This document shows positions 15,938 to 24,286 of a stretch of DNA of 32,000 nt, piece by piece; position 1 is the stretch's first letter; every line of letters begins with the position of its first letter. The notes beneath the pieces were generated by a model that saw only the letters and a program-made list of their open reading frames with translations, had not been told where the DNA came from and searched no databases. The translations under genes and the position numbers were made by a program. This DNA is from Trichlorobacter lovleyi SZ (lineage in GTDB: Bacteria; Desulfobacterota; Desulfuromonadia; Geobacterales; Pseudopelobacteraceae), in the NCBI RefSeq assembly GCF_000020385.1, contig NC_010814.1, positions 240,001 through 272,000 of the forward strand, given 5' to 3'.

Positions 15938-15975
15938 TATAGTTTTTATACGTATCAAGAAAATGGGAGAATTCG

Positions 15976-16827
15976 ATGGATGATCAATCGGTTACGATTC
16001 CTTGGAGTACGCGAAAACGGCTGCAATATCTTGAATTCAAGCTGTATTGGGAAGGAAGGGTCAATCGAGGAGACCTAACTGCAGAATTTGGAATATCAAT
16101 CCCCCAGGCTTCGGTTGATTTCACAAAATATCAGGAGATGGCACCCAATAATATCTCATACAATTCAAGTGCGAAATACTACGAGCCAGCCGAATCATTC
16201 ACACCGATATTCATTGAGCAATCAGCGGATGCATATTTTTCAACTATCTTGTGTTCACCGACCGATAGCATTGCCACTTGTGGATCGGATTATGTCGCAG
16301 CTGTTCCAAATCCTACTCGTGCTATCGATCTTGATGTTCTAAGAACATTGGTTCAGTCCATCAAGAATAAGCAGGTTGTCTCAGTAGATTATCGGTCATT
16401 TAACAATCCACAACCAGGAAATACTCGATTGATTTCTCCACATGCCTTTGGAACAGATGGGTCGAGGTGGCATGTACGAGCGTATTGCCATGAAAGTAAT
16501 TCTTTCAAAGACTTCGTACTTGGAAGGATAGCTTCTGCAGTAATGGGGTCTGAGTCAGACATTGATGTGAATAGCGACTTCAAATGGTTTAACTATGTCG
16601 ATGTTGAAATCGGTCCTAATCCAAAGTTGAGCGAAGCGCAAAAAAGTATCGTCGTTATGGATTATAGAATGACTGATTTCAAATTGAAATTTAAGTGCAG
16701 GATGGCCCTTTTTTTCTATTTGTCGAAAAAGCTTGGGATCGACCGTAACGACAGCGAGCGTGCTGGTGAAGAGCAGCAAATCGTGGCAATAAATTTGGAT
16801 GAAATCAACGCGTCTATGCGTCAATGA
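15976..16827 (+). CDS. wHTH-WYL domain transcriptional regulator (BrxR/CapW-like)
   Basis: The N-terminus has RGDLTAEFGISIPQASVDFTKY (HTH). The middle has RLISPHAFGTDGSRWHVRAYCHESNSFKDFVLGRI (WYL-type). GGGAGA SD. Confidence 0.85.
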   Translation: MDDQSVTIPWSTRKRLQYLEFKLYWEGRVNRGDLTAEFGISIPQASVDFTKYQEMAPNNISYNSSAKYYEPAESFTPIFIEQSADAYFSTILCSPTDSIATCGSDYVAAVPNPTRAIDLDVLRTLVQSIKNKQVVSVDYRSFNNPQPGNTRLISPHAFGTDGSRWHVRAYCHESNSFKDFVLGRIASAVMGSESDIDVNSDFKWFNYVDVEIGPNPKLSEAQKSIVVMDYRMTDFKLKFKCRMALFFYLSKKLGIDRNDSERAGEEQQIVAINLDEINASMRQ

Positions 16828-16831
16828 AGTG

Positions 16832-17608
16832 ATGAAAATAAGTATTTCCGAGCAACTTTCGAATATCGAAACCGCCCATGGCGTGCGTATTCTCTACGCA
16901 GTAGAATCCGGCAGCCGTGCCTGGGGTTTTGCCTCCCGCAACAGCGACTACGATGTCCGGTTCATCTATATTCACATACCAGACTGGTATCTCTCGATTC
17001 GTGAACGGCGGGATGTTATTGAATGCCCAATTTCTAACGATCTTGACATCAGTGGCTGGGATCTCAGAAAAGCACTTGGTTTGTTCAGCAAATCCAATCC
17101 TCCGCTCCTGGAGTGGCTCGGTTCTCCGATTATTTACATGGATGCTTTTGGACTTGCCAGTAGATTGCGTGAGATGCTGACCACTTCATTTCAACCGCAG
17201 CGCAGCATGTATCACTACTTGCACATGGCTCGGGGCAACTATCGGGAGTACCTGAAGGGGGAAGTAGTCAGGCTGAAGAAATATCTCTATGTGTTGCGAC
17301 CAATACTTGCCTGCCTCTGGATTGAAAAGCACGGGACAATGCCGCCCACCGAGTTCAGCAAGCTGGTACGCGATGCACGTCCGTCCGTCACGTTGAGTGC
17401 GGCCATTGATGACCTATTGCAACAAAAAATGTCTGGTAACGAACTGGATACGGCCCCAAAGATCCCAGTGTTAAACGAATTCATTGAGCAGATGTTGGAT
17501 CATTACAGCCTGTTGTCTGGCAAAAGACCGACTCCGGTCGCTGACTATGATGCCCTAGATCAGCTCTTCAGAGAGATGCTGCAATCGGTGTGGGGTAACA
17601 CACCGTGA
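16832..17608 (+). CDS. Pol-beta superfamily nucleotidyltransferase, COG3541 / RlaP-like
   Basis: ILYAVESGSRAWGFASRNSDYDVRFIY, then WYLS...RDVIE...LDISGWDLRKAL...SNPPLLEWLGSPIIY. The start lies 4 nt after the WYL stop. An alternative in-frame ATG is at 16799. Confidence 0.8.
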   Translation: MKISISEQLSNIETAHGVRILYAVESGSRAWGFASRNSDYDVRFIYIHIPDWYLSIRERRDVIECPISNDLDISGWDLRKALGLFSKSNPPLLEWLGSPIIYMDAFGLASRLREMLTTSFQPQRSMYHYLHMARGNYREYLKGEVVRLKKYLYVLRPILACLWIEKHGTMPPTEFSKLVRDARPSVTLSAAIDDLLQQKMSGNELDTAPKIPVLNEFIEQMLDHYSLLSGKRPTPVADYDALDQLFREMLQSVWGNTP

Positions 17609-18096
17609 ATGTCCAACTGGAAAAAATCGTATCCGGTGGACAAACCGGTGCTGACCGGGCCGGTCTCGATGTTGCCATGAAAGTCGGACTCCCTGTCGGT
17701 GGCTATTGCCCCAAGGGTCGTCTGGCTGAGGATGGCACAGTGCCAGAGCACTATCCTCTGGTTGAAATGACCAAGGGAGGCTATTCCGCCCGTACCGAAC
17801 GAAACGTCATAGAATCGGACGGGACTCTGATTCTTAATATCGGCAAGTTGTCCGGGGGAACCCGGCTAACCGTGGAGTGCGCTCGTAAGCACAACAAACC
17901 TCACTTGGTAATCCAGTTGGATACGGCCAAACCGAAGGTATCCACGCTTGCGGAATGGATCGACGAGAATAATATCCGGGTGCTGAATGTCGCTGGTCCG
18001 CGCGAGAGCAAATCACCCGGGGTGCATCAATTGGCTTGCCGTTATCTGGAGGAATTTTTTCTGGCGGCAGGCTGTCAACCCGCGACAGGATCGTAA
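17605..18096 (+). CDS. stand-alone SLOG domain protein, cpYpsA ('MoCo carrier') type
   Basis: IVSGGQTGADRAGLDVA signature. The GTG start forms a GTGA overlap with the upstream stop. Confidence 0.8.
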   Translation: MNVQLEKIVSGGQTGADRAGLDVAMKVGLPVGGYCPKGRLAEDGTVPEHYPLVEMTKGGYSARTERNVIESDGTLILNIGKLSGGTRLTVECARKHNKPHLVIQLDTAKPKVSTLAEWIDENNIRVLNVAGPRESKSPGVHQLACRYLEEFFLAAGCQPATGS

Positions 18097-19293
18097 ATGA
18101 CTGCAACCAGTATCGTCAAATCTCTCTTCCCGCAAGAAACCTGGTCCAGGATATGGATTGTTGGTGGCACGGTCAGGGATGTTCTCAATGGGAAAGACGG
18201 TGAGGACATCGACCTCGATGCCGTCTTGACTCCAGAGGAACTGGCATCATACGGTTTCAGGCCTGTAGACCCAGTGACCAGCGCACCCATCTGGTTTCGG
18301 CACATCCCGGAGATCGGCAAGATCGAGATCACCAGTCTGGCGAGTGTCGACCTGCTCACCGATGACCTGACTCGTCGTGACTTCACAGTGAACGCCATGG
18401 CCATGACACTAGATGGAGAAGTTGTCGATCTGTTCGGGGGAATTCAGGACCTGGGACAAAAGAGACTCCGTGCGTGCTCGGACGTATCATTTCAGGGTGA
18501 TCCCATCCGGATTTTTCGCGCATTCCGTTTCGAGTCTGAAGAATGGCGCATGGACCCTGATACAACTCGAATGATCAGCGATGTTTCGTGGGAGAAAAGC
18601 TTCTCATGCATTCCGGTGGAACGATTCAGCCGAGAAATGGTCAAAGCCCTGGGCAAGGGAGAACCGGAACGATTTTTTCGCAACATGGTCGAAATGAATG
18701 TAGGCAGCACTTATCTGCCGGAGCTGTTTGCCATGAACACAGTGCCGGCAGGTCCGATTGACAAACACCCCGAAGGTGATCTCCTCACTCATTCGCTCCA
18801 GGTATTGCAGCGCACTGTCGGGGCAAGCAATGATCCGCTCGCCAGATTCTGTGCCCTTTTCCATGATCTAGGTAAACTCGAAACAGATCCGGAGCTTTAC
18901 CCCAAGCACCACGGTCATGATGATGCTGGCAAGATCACTGCCAAGAAGTTCTGCGACCGCCTTTGCCTGCCTGTATCCTGGAGACGCGCTCTCATGGGAA
19001 TATGTCACTTGCACACCAACGCGAACAACTGGAACGAACTTCGGGACTCAACCAGGATTCGCATGGCTGACCAAGCGGTTAAGTCTGGCATTACCGAGAT
19101 CCTGCCGCTGGTGTCTGCGGCGGATAAACCTTGTGGATCTGGTATGGCTGGATGGGAGATGACAGTCCGGATTGTGCAGTTGAACACAGCCGAGTTGGGG
19201 ATAAATCAGGACGCCATGGAAACCATGCCGGTTGAGAACCGGGCAGGATTCATCTTGCAGAAGCGGGTCGACCAACTGCGTCGTCAGATATGA
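18097..19293 (+). CDS. class II CCA-adding enzyme / poly(A) polymerase family nucleotidyltransferase with HD domain
   Basis: IVGGTVRDVLNGKDGEDIDLD (GGxVRD plus DxD), RRDFTVNAMA, GDPIRIFRAFRF, then HPEGDLLTHSLQV and ALFHDLGK (HD). The ATG directly abuts the upstream TAA. Confidence 0.85.
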   Translation: MTATSIVKSLFPQETWSRIWIVGGTVRDVLNGKDGEDIDLDAVLTPEELASYGFRPVDPVTSAPIWFRHIPEIGKIEITSLASVDLLTDDLTRRDFTVNAMAMTLDGEVVDLFGGIQDLGQKRLRACSDVSFQGDPIRIFRAFRFESEEWRMDPDTTRMISDVSWEKSFSCIPVERFSREMVKALGKGEPERFFRNMVEMNVGSTYLPELFAMNTVPAGPIDKHPEGDLLTHSLQVLQRTVGASNDPLARFCALFHDLGKLETDPELYPKHHGHDDAGKITAKKFCDRLCLPVSWRRALMGICHLHTNANNWNELRDSTRIRMADQAVKSGITEILPLVSAADKPCGSGMAGWEMTVRIVQLNTAELGINQDAMETMPVENRAGFILQKRVDQLRRQI

Positions 19294-19769
19294 GTTTGAA
19301 CGCTGCTGTCCTGGAGCCATTGCTGAACGAATTGTTTCTCTCGGGTTCTTTTCAAGTCGAGTTGCCAATGCACGGCGGCGCAGACATCGGAACAATAGGA
19401 TACAACCCGAATGCGCGGATCGTCTTCCTCGGTGAACCTCACATGAATCATGCCAACCTTCTGCTGGGGCGAGGTGCAGGCTTCACAATGTTGAACCGTC
19501 GGGCCATTGAGTCCGTCATCATTGCTGACTGACAGGAACCGAGTGCCCGATATGTTGATGAAGGTGCGGTGCCAATAGGCGTCTCCTTCGACAACCAATA
19601 TGTTGCGCAGGTGATGGCATGACAATTCCTGTGAATAGCTTCTGTTACAAAAAGGGCAGACTCCGCGATCGAAGCGGTCGCTTATCCCGGAAATCATGGT
19701 TAGCGCTCCAGGGGTGAGATCCTTGTGATCACAGACAACGGGCTTGCCTTCATGGTCCCAGAGAATCAT
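19284..19769 (-). CDS. hypothetical Cys/His-rich protein (161 aa)
   Basis: ATGA overlap with the integrase stop. Contains CPFC...CHH and CEAC...C..C..H clusters. Its 3' end overlaps the convergent CCA-like gene by 10 nt. Confidence 0.5.
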   Translation of the reverse strand: MILWDHEGKPVVCDHKDLTPGALTMISGISDRFDRGVCPFCNRSYSQELSCHHLRNILVVEGDAYWHRTFINISGTRFLSVSNDDGLNGPTVQHCEACTSPQQKVGMIHVRFTEEDDPRIRVVSYCSDVCAAVHWQLDLKRTREKQFVQQWLQDSSVQTHI

Positions 19770-20854
19770 GGCGACTCCTCTGTCTCCTGGTCAGGAGCGG
19801 ATGGTATGCATGAATCATCAACCGGCGGTGTCGGTGCCGTAGTTATTACCAGAGGAATTTTTCTGGTGAAGCGTTTATGCTCCCGGCCACTGGCGGCATA
19901 GATGGCGCTGGTGCTGATGTCCTCATGGCGTAACGTATCCTGGACGGCCCGGATGTCCTTGGTGACATCGTATAACATTGTGCCGCACGTGTGCCGCAGG
20001 GCATGGCAGGAAACCCGTTTCCGTTTCAGACCGGCTTTGCTCAGGTAACCGTCAATGACACTATTGAGGCCGATGCGCGATATCCGGCCCCTGCCTCGGC
20101 CATTCTTGCGCACGCTGAGAAACATTGGCGTAACGAACGCTTGCCGGTGATGGATGGTGGTTTCCTCGACTGTAACCTCACCCCTGGCAGCAAGGTAGGC
20201 CCGGATGGCGGCCACTGTATCTTCCCGGGGGTAGATATAACCATCTTTGCGCTTGCCGTGGACCAGAATGCGCACACCGCCCTCGACGTCTTCGATGTCT
20301 TCGACGTTGGCCCGTTTGATTTCGACACGCCGGAGTCCTTCGAGCAGCATAAGGGCAATGATGGCCCGGTCGCGCAACCCTTTGATGCTGCCAAGTACGG
20401 GAAGGTGCATGATCAGCAGTTCCGCCTGTCCGGCAGTAAGATGTTTTTGCTCCGATTTAGCTTCCCGGGCAACAGGAGGGCGAACATTGGCCGCCGGATT
20501 GATGGCGACCAACCCCCGGTTCATGGCGACCTGGTAAAATCGTCTGATGACGGTCAGCTTTACCGCGATTGACGATGCTTTCATGCCGGCCTGGATGAGT
20601 TCATGGCGAAAGCTCTCCACATCGGCCTGGGTCATGGCAGCCGGAGTGATGCCACGGGCGTTACACCAGCGGAGCCAATGGTTGAGGTGGGACGTGTAGG
20701 TTTTGATCGTGTCTTCGCGTGGATCACCCAGGGCAACTTCACGTTCCAGCCAGTTGCGTACTGCGGCTTCAAGATCCGCTGGCAGGTTGTCCGGAATCTG
20801 GCTGGAGATCAGTGCCGAATGGGGGCCACCGGTCGGGATGATATCATTATTCAT
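19766..20854 (-). CDS. tyrosine recombinase / integrase (XerC/D-like, N-terminal SAM-like domain)
   Basis: LLEGLRRVEI (Arg I), HALRHTCGTMLY (H-x-x-R) and RHEDISTSAIYA (catalytic Tyr region). Confidence 0.9.
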   Translation of the reverse strand: MNNDIIPTGGPHSALISSQIPDNLPADLEAAVRNWLEREVALGDPREDTIKTYTSHLNHWLRWCNARGITPAAMTQADVESFRHELIQAGMKASSIAVKLTVIRRFYQVAMNRGLVAINPAANVRPPVAREAKSEQKHLTAGQAELLIMHLPVLGSIKGLRDRAIIALMLLEGLRRVEIKRANVEDIEDVEGGVRILVHGKRKDGYIYPREDTVAAIRAYLAARGEVTVEETTIHHRQAFVTPMFLSVRKNGRGRGRISRIGLNSVIDGYLSKAGLKRKRVSCHALRHTCGTMLYDVTKDIRAVQDTLRHEDISTSAIYAASGREHKRFTRKIPLVITTAPTPPVDDSCIPSAPDQETEESP

Positions 20855-21206
20855 GCGGATGCTCCGATTCGATGCTGGTAAGTGAAGTGTGCATTACGGC
20901 GCTGACAAAACCGTTGATGAATGCCATGACTTCCCGAGGGGGGCCGTGGTAGAGCGATACACTCGGCACCCGGTCTGGCCGTGGACGTCGATAAAGACGG
21001 TTAACGGTGAACCCGGTCCCGGTTCGTTCAACCTTCAGACCCGAGTCCCAGGATTTGAGCTGATTGTTGTTTGCTGAAATACACGCTTTGCTAAGAGCGC
21101 GTTCCGTGATCTTTGACAACCTGACCCCCCTTGTAATTTCCTGTCGAAGTGTGACGTAAAACCGGCCAGTCAGTTGGCCGTCTTTCTGGGCGGAATACCT
21201 ATACAT
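20847..21206 (-). CDS. hypothetical protein (119 aa)
   Basis: An 8-nt overlap (ATGAATAA) with the integrase start. No convincing SD and no motif. Confidence 0.4.
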   Translation of the reverse strand: MYRYSAQKDGQLTGRFYVTLRQEITRGVRLSKITERALSKACISANNNQLKSWDSGLKVERTGTGFTVNRLYRRPRPDRVPSVSLYHGPPREVMAFINGFVSAVMHTSLTSIESEHPHE

Positions 21207-21285
21207 AATTGGGGAAATGTATAGTTATCCGCTTAATTCAGTCGATTCCCGATTCTTGTCGAACATTGACTGAGAAATAGACATC

Positions 21286-21549
21286 TCATTTCAGTGTCGT
21301 CTCCCGGTACCCTTTACGTGTCTTCTCTCGATAAAGACGATTGGCTTCCTTAACGGCGTCCTCAATCCTGGGATACCATTCCTCTTTACAGCGGACCCGA
21401 TACCCGATCCTTCCCCATGCTCTGAACAGCACGACATGGAATAGTCCCTGGCAAATCTCCAGGAAATAAATCCGGCGACGGTTCAGTGCCGGGTTGATCA
21501 GGACGAGTTGACACCGGCAGTAACCGGTGAACCTCGAAGTAAACGACAT
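21286..21549 (-). CDS. stand-alone WGR domain protein (87 aa)
   Basis: LFRAWGRIGYRV matches the W-G-R-I-G core of WGR domains, and the size equals a single domain. Confidence 0.7.
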   Translation of the reverse strand: MSFTSRFTGYCRCQLVLINPALNRRRIYFLEICQGLFHVVLFRAWGRIGYRVRCKEEWYPRIEDAVKEANRLYREKTRKGYRETTLK

Positions 21550-21790
21550 TATCGTCTCATTGGCATCTGAATTTTATTGCTTCTATTATGTATATCTATT
21601 GGGGGGGAAGGTGAGGCGGGACTTTTTTGTATTATTGAAACAATTCAATCTCGGGAAAATAGTAGTGAAAATAGTTTGTCAAAGTTGCGATTCTGTGAAA
21701 TTCAGGATCGTTAGCGTCATTTCTCTGCGTAACGGCCTTACCTTTTGTATCTGAAAGTAGCCTTAGTTTATCCAAATAGGAAGTTGCAAG

Positions 21791-22636
21791 TCACACATGA
21801 CTCGTTACAACGATTGACCGAAGAGCTTCCAACTCAACCGGTGGATCTGTTCGGTGTACTGCTGAGTGGCAGTTAGAGCACAGCGGCACAAGGTCTCTGA
21901 TTGGGTCAATAACATAACTTGCTCCCATCTTTGATACGGGTATGCGATGATGTACTTCAATATATCCCTTTCCAATCTGACCATAGACCTTTCCAAAATC
22001 AAAGCCGCACACATGGCAGACTGTCCCGTAGACTGCTATACATACAGCCCTGTTCACAGGACTTCTCTCATATTTGTTTACAATTACCTTAATGCAAGCA
22101 CCCTCGGGGAGACCACCTTCAAATAGAGGCGTTGCTGCGTTATCAGTCTCTTCCAAAGGTAAAATTGTCAGTACCAATGCGAGGCATGCCGCAGCAATTT
22201 CCTCGGCACTGCTCTGCAAAGCATCTTCACTCTCTGTCGCAGCATCTGTAAGTCGTCGAACAGACAGTTCAAATTTATTCCAGGGTGCAGGGGGCAATTC
22301 TGATGTTTTTGATATTACAGACCCATTGACACTTATTTTAATGCGATTACCTAACTCACTGAAAGACTCAACCAGTGTACCGAAAACATTCCTCGCTTGT
22401 GGCAAGGAGTTTCCCATTGCCCTGATCAGATCACCCGCATAGGTGTCGGGAACAAAATCTGCCTCTAAGCTTTTCCATCCAGTAGTTACCTGAATCATAA
22501 AACCATTGGGTGATGGTATATCAGTTGCGCGAAACCCGTGGCGAATGCCATCTTTTGTTGAAACGACACATCCATCCAACCCTAGACGGAATCGGGCGGA
22601 GAGGCTCTCGGCAAGTTTGTATTCATTCAAGGCCAT
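21791..22636 (-). CDS. HNH endonuclease with ~190-aa unknown N-terminal domain
   Basis: The C-terminus has CHVCGFDF...GYIEVHHRIPVS...LVPLCSNCHSAVHR. Confidence 0.85.
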   Translation of the reverse strand: MALNEYKLAESLSARFRLGLDGCVVSTKDGIRHGFRATDIPSPNGFMIQVTTGWKSLEADFVPDTYAGDLIRAMGNSLPQARNVFGTLVESFSELGNRIKISVNGSVISKTSELPPAPWNKFELSVRRLTDAATESEDALQSSAEEIAAACLALVLTILPLEETDNAATPLFEGGLPEGACIKVIVNKYERSPVNRAVCIAVYGTVCHVCGFDFGKVYGQIGKGYIEVHHRIPVSKMGASYVIDPIRDLVPLCSNCHSAVHRTDPPVELEALRSIVVTSHV

Positions 22637-22655
22637 TTATTATTCAACCTTTCTG

Positions 22656-24272
22656 CTATACTTCGTCTTCAGGAGGTTCTGGCAAATCCTCTACCAAACG
22701 CCGGAGAATTCGAGAAACTTCATAACGCATTTCCTCGAAATTCCTCTTGTTGTTTTCGCTTACATTACCAAGTTCGGCTGCACAAAGTCCCCAAATAAGG
22801 GAATCAAGTCCTTGGATAGTTACCCCGGATTGTTTGTTAGGAACATAAACCTTGTGGTAGTATGGATGACCTGTGTTGATACGAACGGCCTGATTCCCGT
22901 CGATGAATGCTGGTTCCCATAATACACCGTCTTGCAGGCTATCAACTGATTGGACATGACATTCGCCACTATTCTTTTGTTCAACCAGTTTGATCTTGAG
23001 CTTTGTGACTCCATTCTTGTTCGAAATCGTTACGTCACCAGTAGCACCATCAACCTCTGTGACAACGGCTGTTTTTAGATTATCGGCTTTTGCATGAATT
23101 GCATTATTTGAGACAGCATGGATCAGTGCCGCAGTCCCAGTTATTGTGGCGGCAACACCCTTACGATAGCGTTCTTGGCCTTCTCTACGGGGACCTTGCA
23201 AAAACTTCTGCATCCAGTCATAAAGCGAGTCATCCAGCAAGATTCTGGATTTTTTTATGTCCACCTGAAAGGCATCATCAAGTTTGTGGTCAAAAGATAG
23301 TTCTATACGGCATAATGACATGTGTGGTTCTTTACTGTACATTTCAAGCCAGTCTGGCCCATGAATCAAGCGGTTCTCGCGATATACATATAACCCTTGC
23401 ATGTCGTTGGTAAGTCGGGCTTCCTTGACAGTCGTCTGATCTGAAAACTCATCCTTTCTTGGAAGGATATAGGCTCTGACCGTAAATTCCGCATGCTCTG
23501 TTTCGCCTATTTCTACTTTCTGAACTTTTTCAGCTATGGGCGCTTTGGTTTCTGTTACACAATATGGGTCCCAAGGAAGAACCTTTTCACCATTTACACG
23601 GATACTCACATCAATAGCGCGTTTGTCGTTTACATCCAAGAATCGTTGGTAGACCATTGATACATGAAATCGCAATTCGTCAACATATCGCTTTAATGCA
23701 GTCTTTGCAGCTTTACCATCAGGAACTGCATACGCCTTTAGCAGTCGGTCAACCTTTTCCCATAATATTACGGTACCAGGCTGGGCGCTGGCAACTGTAT
23801 CAAGAAGTTTAATTTCATCTGGAGCTGCTGATCCAAGTTTCAATTCCCAACGCCCAACTGCGGCGATGTGATCAAGGTCCCAAGTTGCCTTTAATACATC
23901 ACTCCCAGCCTGACTACGGCTAATTACGGACAATCGGCGGCAAAATGCTGTTGAGGCTGTTTTTAGCCCAAGGCCAAATTTACCCAGACTGGCTTGATCT
24001 GCACGTCGTTTAGACCCGTAACGCATCGCATTGATAAGTCCATCCCGGTCCATTCCACATCCGTCATCAGTTACGGAAACCAGAATGTTCCCACCAAAAT
24101 CCATCGCGACAGTTACTTCGATATTCTTTGCTTGTGCAGCAATAGAGTTATCTATTACATCCGCCATTGAGGTGTTAAACTCATAACCAGTGTCTCTCAA
24201 CCCCTCAATGATGCGTTCTGGATCAGGAGGTACATCAAGGTACGGTGAAGATAGCGTGCTGTTGTCAGCCAT
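22656..24272 (-). CDS. GHKL (HATPase_c_3, MORC/MutL-like) ATPase
   Basis: ADVIDNSIAA (N box), VTDDGCGMD (G1) and GKFGLGLKTAS (G2). The ATG at 24272 lies 8 nt after AGGGAG. The ORF track starts 9 nt earlier at a GTG (24281). Confidence 0.85.
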   Translation of the reverse strand: MADNSTLSSPYLDVPPDPERIIEGLRDTGYEFNTSMADVIDNSIAAQAKNIEVTVAMDFGGNILVSVTDDGCGMDRDGLINAMRYGSKRRADQASLGKFGLGLKTASTAFCRRLSVISRSQAGSDVLKATWDLDHIAAVGRWELKLGSAAPDEIKLLDTVASAQPGTVILWEKVDRLLKAYAVPDGKAAKTALKRYVDELRFHVSMVYQRFLDVNDKRAIDVSIRVNGEKVLPWDPYCVTETKAPIAEKVQKVEIGETEHAEFTVRAYILPRKDEFSDQTTVKEARLTNDMQGLYVYRENRLIHGPDWLEMYSKEPHMSLCRIELSFDHKLDDAFQVDIKKSRILLDDSLYDWMQKFLQGPRREGQERYRKGVAATITGTAALIHAVSNNAIHAKADNLKTAVVTEVDGATGDVTISNKNGVTKLKIKLVEQKNSGECHVQSVDSLQDGVLWEPAFIDGNQAVRINTGHPYYHKVYVPNKQSGVTIQGLDSLIWGLCAAELGNVSENNKRNFEEMRYEVSRILRRLVEDLPEPPEDEV

Positions 24273-24286
24273 ATAAGTCACTCCCT

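Larger units (their letters stand above)
19284..21206 (-). mobile_element. tyrosine-integrase module (three overlapping genes); element boundaries not found
   Basis: The integrase plus two coupled flanking ORFs sit in a mosaic region. I could not identify att repeats. Confidence 0.4.

Noticed and set aside
19991-20572. 193-aa + strand ORF (also 20041-20394 and 20247-20537)
   Set aside because: They lie inside and antisense to or out of frame with the integrase gene, which carries the R/HxxR/Y catalytic motifs.
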